A program made the position numbers and the translations under genes. From positions 1 to 64,000 of the forward strand of contig MU058000.1 in NCBI GenBank assembly GCA_013265495.1: 64,000 nt of DNA, written 5' to 3'. Under the pieces are notes generated by a model, which did no database searches, was not told the origin of the DNA, and saw only the letters and a program-made list of their open reading frames with translations. Origin of the DNA: Vicugna vicugna (Eukaryota). This document shows, piece by piece, positions 26,396 through 41,809 of the stretch (positions within the stretch are counted from its first letter, which is position 1; each line of letters begins with the position of its first letter).

Positions 26396-27719
26396 TTTTT
26401 TTTAAATAGGTATGTTTCTGTGTATTGCTATAACAAGTCCTCTACCCAGCATGTAGGCCACCAAATTGCTGGCCACTGCCAATGCCACATTTGATAAGAA
26501 GACCACAACAGTGTATGTGTGTAGGAACACATCCATGTAGTTAACTTTTAAAAACTATATTTGACATGACTTTGGCCTCCTGGGTTCTTCCAGATTTAAT
26601 AAATAAATAAAGCTATCTTTCAAAAACCCGCCCTTGAAATTTTAAACTGGGATACTGAGGAAGGACAAAGTTTGCCAGACATAAAATTAAGTAATGTTAA
26701 AGATAACTGCATCTAATATTTTATCTTATATTTTCATGCCATCCCAAGTATTACCAAATACTCTAAAGCATTATGAACTATGGCCCAGCTCTTCTTAGAT
26801 TCTGGGATATCTGTGTTGATTTATGCCCTACACTATTACAGACTAAAAAAAAAAAAATCAAAATAAATGGAAAATGCCTGGCTCCACTGATTTTGCGGAG
26901 AGGCTCTTGCTTGGCTGAATTTAATTTAAATGTAGTTCTTTGTTATTGCTTCAAGAGGACGACAGTCATTTCTAACAAGCACAAATTATTCAGAGCATGA
27001 CCCTAAATGCTGTATTTCAAACAGCAAAAGAAAACAAGTTATCCTCTAACCTACTTCGCATTGCAGGAAGAGAAGCTGTGTGAAAAGAGCTGCAAAAGCA
27101 CAACCTGACCCAGAGAGATTCCCCCTCACCGGGGCCCTCCTCCCGGCTGGAGTGGGGCTCTGGAGGGGCCAGTTGCACAAATACAAGAAGATCAGGCCAG
27201 CATCCTGCAAGGGGGAGGGGGCTTGGTATCACCCTCCTTGGGTAGCTGTTTGCCAAGTTCTAGTTAACCCAGTTACAGTAAAGCCATTGTGGACTCTTTA
27301 GTGGAGCAAGCCTCAAATCTACATGGCATTCACGATTTTTGATGGCCATGGCCACAGCCAGTAACTGCAATTTAGTGGCTTACACATTATCATGAAAGGG
27401 GGCGGGCAAAGGCTCAAGAGCAGTGGGTTTTACAGCAATAGGAAATAGGACACAGTTTGTGCGGCAGCCAACTCCTTTGCATTTCTGAGGATGAAATGCC
27501 CCCTAGATCAAAGTGACAAAGTGGTTAGGATATTCACGGCACAGAAGACAAAAGGAGTTCATTCACTGCCAAAAAACAGCCTTCTGTTAAGTATTTAGAA
27601 GTTTAATAACAGTACTTACATGAGAAGCAGAATGCAGGAAGGTAACCTGAAAGCATGCAGTTTAACAGAAACTGGTCGTTCTTCGCAAAGGCAGACAAAC
27701 AAGGAGGCTTACCCTCACT

Positions 27720-27860
27720 CACTGGTTCATTCAGCGCACATACATTGAGCACCTACTACAGCGCCCTGAGCCAGGTATTATGAGGCTCATAGAAATGCAC
27801 AACAAACTCCTCTGCCTCTGAAGAGCTTGCTAGCCTATATAATAACACAACACATACTTA
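27720..27860 (-). mobile_element. L2 3' end
   Basis: ttcattcagc...attgagcacctacta. Confidence 0.55.
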
Positions 27861-30800
27861 TATAAAATAAAATAAATGTGCACAAGTCGAAGTGTAAGGC
27901 CACCTATACTGTACTTGCAAGGGTGGTGGACAAAAGCTGATTTTGCAATCTTAGCCCAACCCCCTCCTCAAGAAAATAAAAGGACTGTAGTTAAAGAGGA
28001 AAGGAGAGAGACAATTACTTCGGGGGATTTGTTGGAATTTTGTGCATTTCCCTCTCCACGTGCCCCTACTCTACCAATGCAGAATGGTACTCCCTCCTTA
28101 TTTCAAGTCAAATGAAAGACATTTCAAGAGAACCATTTGGGGAGCTTGGCCTGGATCCCTTTAGATTTTCAGAAGGTCCAATGCAAGATCCATACTCAGA
28201 AAAATCTCCAGACAAGGTAGTGGCTAAAGTTGCCTGTAACGTAATTTGAAGGCTGTAATGAGAGCAAACTGTACTTCCTGAAGGCACAGACAAGGATGCA
28301 TAAAATTACTGCATGTGGTCCACAGCACATGGGAAAGAGTTGTCCTAGAGCTGTTTAAGGTCTTTTACAAGAAAGCTATGTAGAGAGACAATGTGTCTAA
28401 CAGAATGGAAGAGAATTAGGGGAGTGGAAAATATAGATGCCTTCTGTCTGCAACTGATGGGGATCAGCCCATTTCATTCAGTACCTGTGGTACATTAAGG
28501 TAGAAAGTCTAAATCTCATTATGGTATTTGAAGATAAAATGTTATGGAGGAAATTCTTTTATATTAACTAAGACGTGTTATACACTACTAACATGTCACT
28601 GAATAAAAAAGGTTATATCTATAGACCCAAGTAATCAAATAAAAAGTGAAATTTTAAGTTATTATCCAGATATTTAGCTCTCAAGAATTCAAAGTTTTGG
28701 AAATGTACAGAGTTTAGAAGCCTGGGAAACTATAGTTTTTATCTATATTTCTAACATATGAAGAAATGACTTGAAGAAAAAATGCAGACTTAGATTCGAT
28801 CTAAATGTGTTTGGTCCTTTAGCATAAAAAGCCTAAGAGTGAATCATGTAGGGAATTACAGAGGGGTTGCATCCCCTCTCCGGAAGGCGCTGAGATGGAG
28901 TAGAGGGAGGAGAGGCAATGTCAGCTTCTCTTGTCTTCGCCCTACTCCTTAGAATGGAGTGGTTAGGACATTCAGAGAGCAAAGGACAACCCGGCTCCAT
29001 ACCCAGCTTCTCTCCTTCTTTACTGCATTCGAAAGTCCCCCTCTTCACTCCCTTGCTTCTCAACACCCCCAACTGCTTAGGCAAACAGGTCACGGCCCTA
29101 GTAGTCCTCTCCAGGCAGAGGCCACGGTCTGCTGCAGTCCACAGACAGCTCAAGTACAGTCCAAGGTCGTGAGGTCCTTCTCTGTTCTGAGACCCAGAGA
29201 GGTTAAGTGGCCCACACACCACACATGTTGGTTGGTGGCAGCGACGGGATAATCCTGACTTTCTGCCTCTCTAATAGGGCTCTCTTGACTACACTACCTT
29301 AAATGGAAGGTGTGCAGGAAGGAGTGTGGGGTCACACATAGATACACACACCACAAAATAGGTAAACATTGCCCTGCCCCATCCCACATAGTGGTTAGGG
29401 GCTGCACCTTCAAGCAATTTTATTTGCAGTAACCAAAATAATAATAATAATGAGTTGGAAACTTCAAAGACTTTCATAGGACTGCTCATATGCTATGAAA
29501 TTGTACCATGCATCATGAGACAAAAAACAGATTAAATAAACTAGGAATGTCATAGAAGTTCCATTAGTGTTCATGTTATCTCTACCTAGAAAAATCACTA
29601 GATTAGGTAAATTCTGGGGGAAAAAAACATTTCTATAATCTCCAATCACCACAGTTCTTAGTTTATAAACATACAAATCGTATGTGGTTGTTTGCCCAGT
29701 CCGGGCAGGTGTTTCGGGTAAAGGGCCATGGGGCTGTCGGCAGAGTCTGCATCAGACTTAAATTTGTTCTCTGCAGGGTCCCCACATAGGAACCCTGGGC
29801 ACATGGGTCCATAATTTCCAGGAACCATTCCTAGATAAGCGTCAAGATCAGCCAAGCCCCCATTCTGCAGGGTTCCAGCCTCACACCAGTGCTGCAGCCC
29901 TCCATGGAGAGTCCTTGCTCTAAAAGCAAAAAGCTGAATGAACAGAACTACCTGCCAACAGACTCTCCTACACCTGGGGACGTATTTCTTTACTTCATCA
30001 CAGAGATGAAATGAAATAGCTCTCCTGCACATTCCCTGCCAACTCTTCTTTCAATGACAAAAAAGCAATTTTTTCCATAACGTGAATAGTAAGAAAATAC
30101 GTCCTAATGAGATTTACGCAATATTAGAAAAAAAGGGATTATGAATAGGTCATTACACTCTTAGAAGATTTACAGATTTCAGCCAGCTAAGCCTCAGGGC
30201 ATGATTATCTCATTAGTCCTGTACACTCAGAATAAACATAAAATAGGTTGGGTGTGACCAATGAACACCACGTCTTGCCAAAAACTTAAAAGAAAAAAAA
30301 AAGACAAGTGGATTCAGAAGGGTATGTACCAAGTGTTACCTAAGTGGATTACAAGCTTATGAAAGGCAAGCAGCACCTGGCAGGGCCACTCTCCGCAGTC
30401 AGGGCCGTTCACCTATCTGCCACGTTGCCAGGTTCCCAAACAAACCATGTTGTCTCACCCCATCCTGGGCCTCCACTTCTCAAAGTACTTTAAGTTCTTT
30501 GTACACCACGCTGAAATACTGATCTACCTCCCCCTCAGGCTTTCTCTGTGGCTTGTTCCTTTAGCTGTCCCCGGAAATGGGTTTATCATGAGCAGTGGGA
30601 GTCCCCTGTGGCTGCTAGAAGTTGAAATCTACTGCTCCAGCTTTAGTTGGATCCTACTCTACAAGAGTTCTCGTGAAGAGGGCGAGCTGGGAAGGGCACA
30701 GGAGTTCTGCTTGAGAGGAACACTCATCTAAGCAAGAAGACTGAAGAAAGAAGTAGCAACCGGCCAGAAGCAGCTCCTTCATCAATACTGCCTAACACTG

Positions 30801-31899
30801 AATGACCCCCTATTCATGTGCCAGCCAGTCTTTGAAGAGCTTTACCTGTATCCAGCCATCTAATTCTCAACACTGTGAGATAAATTCTCCTGGGATCCTC
30901 ATTCACAAAGAAATAGTCAGCTGATCAAGATTAGAATGTTGGGGCCAGACAGTCCTGCTCAATAATTGTAATAAAATTAACTGAACACTCAGTTGGTTCC
31001 ATTAGTGTTAGTTACATGCCAGACATTGTGCTACATGAGTTATGTGTATTTATCACATCTGATCCTTACAAAATCCCATGAAGTAGCTACTGTTATGATC
31101 TTCATTTGTACATTGGCCTTATTTTTATATCCGAAGTTAAGAAATGTCAAACAAGGGAGCCAGGGTTCAAACCAAGATTAGGATAAAGAAAGATTTGGGG
31201 TTTTTTCCTCCTCACTATTGCCTGTACAAATGTATATGCAGCCAGTCCCTAGAGAGAGTGGGTGGCATGCTTAAGAAGACACGGCACACCCTAGTATCAG
31301 AGGTGGTCACGGAGGGGCAAGGCATTTACTCAAACGGCGTAGACTTTTATGGTCACTTCTGTGTTTACACATCTTAGGAAAACACGTATACATTCATTCA
31401 CATTTTGCCCATGTCTTGTATTGTTTTCCTAGCAGGTCTCTAATGACTCACCTTACAGTTGCAAACTGCCTTTCTTTTTCATTTTTATTTTCTCACAATA
31501 TCTGGGTGCCATGTTCAATCATTCTTGCAGCTGCTGTAGCAGCTGAGAAGTTTGGGATTATGGAAGACCCTGAAAAACAAGTCTGAATTGTCTTCTTACA
31601 AAACAGGCATTTCCTTGCTGTGTGCTGGCTGCTCAGAGCAAGGATCACATTGTTCAGACTTGTAATGGACTGGGTGCTCCTAAGACAGCAGCACCACCAC
31701 GCCCATGCATTACATCAGAGATGTTTGCCTCCTCTTCAGATCTGGATGTACAGGCTGATGTTAGGTCCTTGTCTACTTGGAACTTTGTGATCAGTCGCAG
31801 ATTATGGAGAAAAGTGTTCCACAGTGACGGAAAGTCACTATGTTCTTTATTGGAATGGAGTTAGCTTCCCCCAAAGGGAGGACATCATAACAAGTACAA

Positions 31900-32110
31900 T
31901 AACTATTACTACTTAATATTCATTAAGCACCATGTGCCCCTCTACTGCGCACTTTACATTTATCATCTCATTTAATCCTTGTCTGCAAAAGAAAACTGAA
32001 ATAAGGACTGAGGTCCAGCATAGGTTACAGATGAGGAAACTGGGACTCTGGCATGTGAAATAACTATCCCAGGTTCACACAGTTGTGGGAAATTGAAATC
32101 ATAACTCAAA
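31900..32110 (-). mobile_element. MIR SINE
   Basis: atcatctcatttaatcct...ttacagatgaggaaactggg. Confidence 0.65.
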
Positions 32111-33244
32111 ACAACCACTGGACCCCGGGAAGCATGCCTTGTTGACCACCATCCAACGTGGCTTCCCATCATCCCAGCATAATCAACTAACATGAAGTCA
32201 CAAAGTTGCACCAACACAGGAGCATTTATGGATGCTGTGTACCAGAGCCGTTATGAGGGCCGTTTGCAGGGAAGTAAGTTCTCACTAAATTCCTGCCACA
32301 CTGATTGCTAGTCCAAAACGGCTTTGACTCCACTAGACACTTACTCGGTAAGCTTTTACGGTATTTCCAAATGTGAATTTAAATTCACGGAGTGTGACCT
32401 GAAGCTCATCTTCCATAGGAGCTTCCCTTCTCCTTATATACTTACTTACTTACGTCTAATCATCCTCAGAATGACAGTTTGGAGAACTGGAGGCAAGATG
32501 TATATACACCACAAGGCCTCATTGTAGAACATGCTGATCTTTGTTGTTGTTGCTATTGTTTGTGGGGGGGGGGTTCAATTTTGCTTTATGTCATTGAGGC
32601 TTATCTTAAGATATTTAGCTTCAAAAACATGGCAATTTTTTTAATTTTGGTCTTTTGTTTTTTACAAAATGGTTTTAAGGTATAATTTGTGGCACTGACA
32701 CCTTAAAACCATTAAAGTAAAGGGAATTTTTAAATATTATACACAGAATGACAAGAACCAATTAGATGGAAGTTTAAACTAAATATATAAAACTAGGACT
32801 ATGGAGACAGACCCGGAAAACTAAAGATACAGGGAATCTAGACTCTGGATTGGCTCAAAATGACAATATTAGGAAATTTTTATCCTAAAACTTCTTTAGA
32901 AATGAGTTATCCCATTACCCCTACTTCCAGGCGAAAAAACAAAAAATTAAGGTCCACTGTGCTGGGGAAACTTGTCTGGGATCACATAGGTAGTCAGGAC
33001 CAGAAGGGCCATATTTTTAATTCCTTGTGAGGCTTGTCACTTACACTCACCACTTGCATTTTTTGTTTCCTATTTAATTTTGTCCCTGACCTTTTTCCCT
33101 CATTTCCTTCACCAACTGGTATTTTTCATTAAAGACTAAACTGGCCCATTTGGCAAGAGACTCACATTCAAGTTCCACTCCTGCCACTAACTCACTGTGG
33201 GACAAACCATTTGCCCTGGTGCTGGCCCCTTGCTGTAACTTTGC

Positions 33245-33298
33245 TCTGCTCTCTGTCTCTCTCTGTCTCTGTCTGTCTCTGTCTGTCTGTCTGTCTGT
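33245..33298. repeat. (CT/CTGT)n compound microsatellite
   Basis: Directly visible. Confidence 0.85.
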
Positions 33299-34097
33299 GA
33301 AGTCCTCTCTCGTTCATCCCAAAACAAGAGCAACGACTGCACTGCTGATGGATGTACCCTAGAGCACAGGCTGCATCAACAGTGACAACTGACTCGCTGT
33401 GAATTTTACGACTTGGGAAGCCCTTGTGTCTCAGCCAGTTCGTTTTTTAAGCACCTGGAAGCTACAAGTGATGTAACATGTTCTCTTGATAACAAGCCAG
33501 AGACAAGATTAAATATTGGTCTTTCTCATGGACATTTAGCCAGAAGTCAAACATTACCTTCCCCCTTTACTATGGTGAAGTAAAATATTTGTATCAGATG
33601 GTTCCAGTATATTTCATCATCCCTAAGTTTTTGTTTTGTTTGTTTTTTTAGGGTTTTGCAGGGGTTGGCATAGGAACACTTCTGTCAGAACAGATCAATG
33701 CTGCTCATTAACTGATACCAGGGTTCTCAACAGTCAATATTAGAGACTGCCTTAGAAGCTCCTCTTGCCTTCCTCACACCACTTGGGGAGCAGAACAGAC
33801 TGCATCACAAGTGCCAGTGAGGAAGAGAGGAGTTTTTGCACTTTCTGCAGACATCAGAAGTCTTCTCATAGTGTCTCAGGCAGTGTCCCTACCAGCTGGT
33901 AACCCACCTGCTGGCTGGCTCCTTGAAACGGGTTCAGCTAGTGAAATTGGAGTGGATTTCCAAGCCAAGATTATCCTGATCCTGCACTGGGAAAAGGTAG
34001 AAACCCTGCCCCTGAAAGGGGGTGGCAGAGAATATGGGGAGGTGCTTCTGGGTGCAAAGATTCTGGCTGAGCAGATGCATCTTTTGTTCAATAGCTG

Positions 34098-34530
34098 TAT
34101 CTTACTGGATCATATTGCACTGTGTCCACCCAAAATTCACACATTAAAGTCCTAATCTCTAGGACCTCACAAAGTGCTCTTATTTAGAAACAGGGTTGTT
34201 ACAGACGTAATTAGTTCAGATGAGGTCTTATTGGAGTAGAGTGGATCCCAACTCAATTATGACTGGTGTCCTTATACAAAGACACAGATACACAGGGAGA
34301 TCATTATGGGAACATGAAGGCAGAGATCAAGGTGATGCTTCCACAAGCCGAGGAATGCCAGACTGTCAGGAACCACTAGAAGATGGGTGAGAGGCTCCCC
34401 TGTGGCCCTCTGAAGGAATCAACCCTGTGGACACCTTGATCTCAGACTTCTGGGTACCAGCAATAAATCTGTTGTGTAAGTCACCCAGTTAGTAGCACTT
34501 TGTTATGACAACCCTAGGAAAACCAACACA
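34098..34530 (+). mobile_element. MaLR solo LTR (MLT1B/C-like)
   Basis: gtaattagttcagatgagg...gactggtgtccttat...caccttgatctcagacttctgg...tttgttatgacaaccctaggaaa. Confidence 0.85.
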
Positions 34531-36454
34531 GACCATGTATCCAAAGTTTTGAGGAACTTAATATAAAGCTCTAGCAATCTGTACAATCCAGGAATGAGTT
34601 GCCAGAATAGAAGTTTTTACAGAATTCATCATAATTATTAATTCTCCTTACTGGGTGACACATTGCTTGTGTTTGTCTATTTCCACCCAACAAATACCAT
34701 CGCTTGAGTGCCTCAAAAGAAACCAAAACAACAAACCAAAGAACAAACTCAAAAAAATAAAACTTAAGTCTTTCTGCACAATTCTTTCCAAAGCAGAGCA
34801 TTTCCAAAGTGTAAAGATCAGTTAATGACTTCTCAAATTGCACATCTGATGCATTTTCTTCCTTGCCCCACAATAAATATTACTGTGTATCTGCTGTGTA
34901 CCAGCCACACTGATAGACACAAGAGACCTGAAAGAGAGCAAAACAGGCAACCACCGTCTCCACAGTGGCCTATGTTCAGTGAGAACGATAGCAATCAAAG
35001 AATCACTCAAACATGTACAACTACAAACCATGACCACTGCAATGGAGGAAAAGTATCACCACACTTTGTACGCAGCTACTTTCCCTATGAACCTGTGGGC
35101 AGGCAGAGCTAGGCACACTCTGCGTTCCATGTGAAGGCTGCAATACTATGAGTTTTCTCCCATGAAAAGAAAGCATTGAATGTTACGTTCAGGGAACCAA
35201 ACCACCTGCCAAAAATAATCATCTTAATAAAACAAAGGCCCCAAAATAAGGAGGGGATAGGCGCTAAATGTGGTCAAGAGAAGCAAAGAGGCCCACGGGA
35301 CAAGGAGAGAGTTAAGGAAATAGGAAACTCAGGACAACATGCTGACATCACGTCCCCCCACCCCCACCAGGATTCAAGAGTAAGAGGTGAGGACGTAAGC
35401 CCAGCGCTGTGAGCATGGCAGTGGTGAGTACATGTGGTCAGGCATGAGATTTTGTGCAGTTGAAAGCATATCACCCAAAATAAAAGCCTACCGTTGTTTG
35501 CAGCTCTGTCTTTTTAAACCGGAACATCGCCTTTCCACATGCTTCTTGCTTGGTACAGTCGTGATCACTTGAGCCTGCTGCCAAATGATGTAGCTGGTCA
35601 CCAACAAAGCTGCCGAATGTGGCTAAAGACAGGGGAGAAAATCCACTGAATTAGTCCTGAACATTGCAAAAGTAGCTGCCTCTCTCAATTACTTTGTCAA
35701 ATCTCATTATGATTGTAACTCTGATCACATGCAAGGTTTTCCCTTGGGTGGGGATAGAGTTAGGATCCTCCAAAGTGCCGGTATACCCCCCACCCCCGCC
35801 CCAGGCCACTATGGACAGGTCTGCAGCTGCTGTGTCACTTGCCCTTGGTGGAATTTAACAAGATAAACTGCTTCCTTGGCATTTATATTACACTTAGCAT
35901 GGGTTATATTTACACCTCTTGCCTCTTGGTGATGACCAACTTGAATGATCTACTTTGAGATCTCCCAAAAGACTGAGGTGTAACTGATTTTAAAATATGA
36001 AAAGATAAACTCTTCTGTTTTCCAAAATAAATATTCGGGGAACACCTCCTCCGTTAGCTGGAGGCCGGGTTAATGAGCAAGTAATACTAGTGGGGCAAAG
36101 AACTCCATCATGAAACAGAAATAAGCTTGCAGCTCAGCACAGAACTCTACTATGACCCTTGATTCATCCTTATCTGTGTTTGCATAATTCAAAAGCTTGG
36201 TTGTGACAGGTGGAGATGTCAAGCCATCCTCAGATGACCAGTTGCATCACTACAATGCTCAGGCAAATAATGCGAGAGGAAAACTATTTTGAATGCTATT
36301 ATGTTAGATGGTAAGACTTAGGTATGTTTGGTGCATTTAGCATCTTTTCTGAAAATAAGTGGGGAGAAAACAGTCTCAAAAGAGGAAAAAGAGAAGAAAA
36401 ATATACTATCTGCAAATGAAAGAAAAGATCTGGGAATGGGAGTCAGTGGCTGGT

Positions 36455-36665
<211 letters not shown>

Positions 36666-39266
36666 CCAAAGCACAATGAAGAGAAAAGCAGAACAGAGCA
36701 ATGCATCTTCCCTTAAGCATGATTATCAGGGCAGAACTTTAACGTCCCCAGGGAAAGAAACTTCAATCCTAGAGTCTGTAAATTATTTGGAGTCTTAGCA
36801 ATCTGAACAATCATGATAAAGATGAAAAAGGTCATTAAAGTAGACAGAGAGTCACATGGTTCTGCAGCTGAATGGGTGACAGACCTCATCCCTGGCCTTG
36901 TGACATTTGCAGGATTTCTACAAGTTCACTACAAACGGTGTTTTCATTCCCAAATTCCTTAGTGACTGAAATCAGCCTTAAGCCCAGGCAGCTGAAGTTT
37001 TTGTGGTCTGGCAAGTATTTGGTATGACTCCCTTCACCTGAATCTGAGCATTTTCCTTCTGAATTGTCCACTGAGTGAGAAGAATTTGAAAAGGAATTAA
37101 TAAAACACATTCTTTGAAGTTGGAAAAATACAATCTCCTCTGATCAAAAAATGGCTAGGCCGGTACAAACAAAACACGTGCAGATAAACACAGAAGACGT
37201 CTACATTGTGTAGTCTTCCCAATTACTACCTACACCTGGGGAAATCCCTAGAGGAGGTCACTGGTCAAAGGGAATATTGAAGAGATTGAAAATCCAGGAA
37301 AGAAAAAAAATGTTATAATAAAAGTGTAGAGCTAACGTGATTTGTCCAACTTAACAATGAATGCTAGAGATACTTCTTCACTCTCCTCACCGCCCCTAAA
37401 CTTACAGCCAACTCAGTTCTGTGATATTAACAAGAAAGAGTTTTATGTGAATGGAAGTTTCTTTGTCAACATTTTCATTTATCATATACCAAAAAGACAC
37501 CTGTGTGCTTAAAAGTGACATCCATTTGCTAGTTCGGTTCCCTCAGGCTAGGAAAGTATATATGGATGTTTTGGCAGAAAGTCTTAACTAGCACTCAAAG
37601 TTGGATGGTTGAGAAACTATACAGTGTGCCCCTACAATGGAAAGTGGTGCAAGATTAATTTTGAAAAGACTAGAAATATTCTAATAAAATTTATTTTCTG
37701 ATATGCCTAATTTTTTCAAATATTATTTTTGAACCTCTTATCTCCACCACAAATACACATCTCAAAAGATTCTTTAAAAAGATCTCCCAAAGATGTTAGC
37801 ATCAGAGCTATCAAATCAATTTAATTCCAGTTTATAGAAATTATTTCACTGAAAAACTATTTACTTAGCCAATCTCTGATAGTCCAGATCCTAAGTTCAA
37901 TTTTCTCTCCTAAGTTTATTTATTTATTTATGTTTTTGTACAGCAAGGAAAGCAGTCTATAGTCATCTCTGCCAAAACTTTTGAGGGTACTAGAAAGAGA
38001 AGTACCAGAATAGTAATTTAACATTTTCCTGTAGCTATAACTCTCCTTTAGGATTTACTGATCTCATGCTGGCAAGACTCTTATGCTTTTGATGCCCCTG
38101 AATTTTATAACTTTTTCTACTGTCTTTTACTCACTGCCAAGAATAAATTATTCATCTCTTGTTTTAAGAAAATGCAGCTTTAGTGTCAGATTCTGAACAA
38201 ATTCTGTGGATCATCAACCAAACGCTCTCGTCTAGCTCATTCACCAGTGGTCTTTAGAGATAAGATGGAAAGGAAATTACAGCCCAATACTAGAGACCTC
38301 ATGATGGTTACTGATGCATCTACCCATGTTCCAGGCAATCTGCTAGAAATGTCCCTAAGAAGCTCATAGTCTAGAATTTTATGCACTTTATATTTAATAC
38401 ATATTTATTTTTAAAGGGGATGTTTACACTCTCATGTGCCACATCATCCATTTTGTTTGTGTGTGTCAGTGCGAATATGCCCAACTTGGTCTAGCTCCCT
38501 TATAACTACAGACAGCTTCAAGTTCAGAAGAATATTTTATGAATTTTGGCCCCATTAAATAAAGAGGTTAAGAGACCATCTATACAATTAGTACAAGAAC
38601 AAAACATTAACAAATTGTTTGTCTAAGCAAATTAAGGGAATAGTACTACAGGCATTTTTCTTAAATTTTCCAGGTAATATAGAAATCAATAATTCAAATC
38701 TCTGATTGTGAATATAATTGGAAATGATATTTAACTTGGATTTGAGGAATATATTTGCCAACAGGTTATATTTCACTAATCCTTAACGATTACCAATTAT
38801 TACTTGTATTTGCACAGAAATCCAGTACAAGGTTAGGTCAATTAGGCAAATAAATTCTAGTAGGTCTTAAAGTCCATTAGTTAGATTCAGAATTCTAATT
38901 CAAATTCTGTAAAAACCCTATAAAGTGAAATTATGAGTTAGCTTATCAGCATTCCTAAGTATGCCAGAATATTATCTTATTGTTCTGTATTCTAGGGAAA
39001 ACTACAGCAGTTTGTAGGTATAGAAATATTAACTATACCAGATCTAAGAAACACTAGACAAACCACCATGCCTCTGAATATCTCCTGAACTGAAGGAAAA
39101 TCACCTGAATTTCTCCATTAAAGGTGTCTTCTTCTAGGTTCAGATGTTGCAACATCAAAGGTGGCCATTCTTCAAATGCCTAGTCTATAGACACTGAGAT
39201 AAATGCTTTACATACTTATTCCCCAAAACATCCCTGTAAAATAAGTATTATCTCTTTTTTTCCCTC

Positions 39267-39510
39267 CAGGGACAGATCCAGGTTTATTCGGCCTAAAGGT
39301 TATGCAATTTGGGGGTCCTTCTTTAAAAATTGTGAATACAAAATTGGTTATGAAAGCACACAGTGGTTGTAACTAATTGTTGTTAGATTATCTTATATAC
39401 TTTTTACAAAAGCATGTGATCATGTGAATGCATAGCACGAGCTCTGGCCAGAGGCTTGGAAGCAGCATGTACGAGGGGTCTCAAAGGCTGAGTTCTACTC
39501 GATTCACTGT
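39267..39510 (+). mobile_element. MER96-like (hAT-Tip100)
   Basis: caggg..gatccaggtttattcggcctaaaggttatgcaatttgggggtccttctttaa. Confidence 0.65.
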
Positions 39511-41084
39511 CTCTCACGGTGAACAAGAGTGAATTGAGTACATTTCGCAAGGTGTTAAAAAAAAAAAAAAGAAGTCATCCTTGACACTGCAAATGGAGGA
39601 CATCTTTCCAATTAACCACTCACAGCCCAGCTATTTAACAAAAGAAACTTTACAACTGCTAGATCTCAGGAACTGAGTTAAATGTCGCAACTGATCATCC
39701 AGCTGGAGACTGAGGCACATCTAGTCAGGCTCAAAAGTGAGGCTAAAAGTGCCTGACTGGCAGAATGAGAGTGGCCTATTGTTGCACTGCTTAAAACCCT
39801 TCTGGGAAGCAGCAAACACCTCTCCCTCCTGAATGTGTCAAAACACATCAGAGCATTAGACAAACAACTCAGACATTTACCACATTTCCATTCTTGTATA
39901 TTGACCCAAGGGATAGGGAGGGGCAAGCCTTGGTGAGGCAGTGAGCATCTTGTTACACATAATCTGCTCAACAGTACAGAATTCATTTCTTGATTTGCTA
40001 TCACACCCTGGGCTCCTTTTGTTTCTCAATAATAGATGGACTCATCTTTTTTCTTCCACCTTGTAAACCCCACTTAGGAGAAACTTAATGCAGTCGGAGA
40101 GCATTAAAAAAATTCCTTCGTGGGACCACCCATTAATAATGTTACCCTAGAAGAGATACAGAAAAATGCAGTATAGATTCAAGAATCAAAGGGATCAGGT
40201 GAACCAGATCCTAATGGCTTTCAGAGAGAATGACCTCATTTCAAAAGCAATCTTGAAATGAAAGAAAAACATCTTAGGCAGGCTGAAATGTACATTTTTA
40301 GATGATGGACACAGACTGACTTCCTTATTTGCACCCTTGGATTTTTCGGAAGGCCAGAGAGATTGAACCCTTCCCTGCTGTTTGTTTGATTTGGTCTGAG
40401 TTGAAGCCAAGAGATGTGGTGATGGAAGTTTGGAAAAACAATTAAAAAGAAATGTATGCAGTGGTTTTTCTGGGATCCTAATTAACTGGCCCATTTCTAG
40501 GTAACATTGGGGAAGTTGTGGGCAGTGATTATTATCTCTTTAAAGTCCTAATTAAAATGTCAAACTGTAAGGTAGAATGTCTTCAAAGCTGCATGTAATT
40601 TGATTGTGTTGGCTTATTGGAAAAATGGCCTTGGAAATACAAATAAACCAGCCACTAAAAAGATCCCAGAAGTCCAGGCTTTATTCCAGAAGTATAATCT
40701 GTTGAACCAATAGCATTTCATAACTAACCACTCACCAAGTGGTAGACATCCAAATGTCAAAGCCAGTTTCATAACATGGTAACACATAACATGCTGCATA
40801 AGAGTGCCTCTCCATAGCATACTGGGGTTTGAAAGGGGTGTTTGGAGATGGTTCACCTACAAATGCCCCTTGCCCAGCTTTAAATGTTCTCATTTGATGA
40901 GTTTCAGAAATGGCTGGCACCCTACCCACTTTCTAAAGTAGTCTGCTAGAACGTTGGAGCTTTAAAAGAATTCCTGGATATGATGGCAGACTTCTGTGAT
41001 GTGCACGCATGAGGATCTCAGGCAGACGGTAATCACTACCACATCTGTGCACGACCATTAGTAAAGCTGTTCTTCACGTAAGAA

Positions 41085-41500
41085 GGTGTTGCAGTTATGA
41101 CACTGAGGGGTGCAAATAACAAAAAAGGCCAATCAAAAAATGGCTAAACAATAAGACTCCTGTTATATGATAAGTACAGCAGTTGATTTATACAGCATCT
41201 CAAGGACATCAACAGTGATCTTGTTCTTTCCACTTCCCTACATGGCCGCTCTCAGTATGCCAGCTTCTCGCCTCACTATCACACCTTATTTGCATGAACT
41301 CTAGCATCACCCCCTCATTTAACCACATCCAAAGGGAGAGAAACAGGAATGTTGCCTCCCATGCATATCCTTTTATCCTTTTCTGGACACCCCTCAGCAG
41401 ACTTGCCATAACATTTCCTTGCCCGTAATTGCACCACATGCCCATGCCCAAACCAAACACTGTCAAAGGGAATTATTATGAGTGGATCAGCTTAATCAAG
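41085..41500 (-). mobile_element. Old MaLR LTR (MLT1J/K/L-like)
   Basis: tgcaaataaca...aatggctaaacaataag; highly diverged. Confidence 0.4.
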
Positions 41501-41809
41501 ACTCAACTCCAACCCCTAGAGCTAAGGGGAGACGGGGTACTGATGTACTGTCATGAATCGATACTGTAAAACAAATCATAGTTCTCTTTAAGAGAAAAGA
41601 ATGGAACAGTGTCCACCCCGCTCGGTGATATGTCTATTGCACCACAGCCAGTAGGGTGAACACTGAGTTGCTTCTCCAGTGGTGGGCAGATTTATACTGA
41701 CACAGTCACTCACATTCTCTCTGCTATCTCCACTCACGGCAACACTTATACAGAATACCCAGCCAAGACCTTTGGCCATGAATAAGAGACAAAAACTATT
41801 TCCACCTTG

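Noticed and set aside
29658..30032. 124-aa minus-strand ORF in unique sequence
   Set aside because: No recognisable domain or promoter context; within the chance length range.
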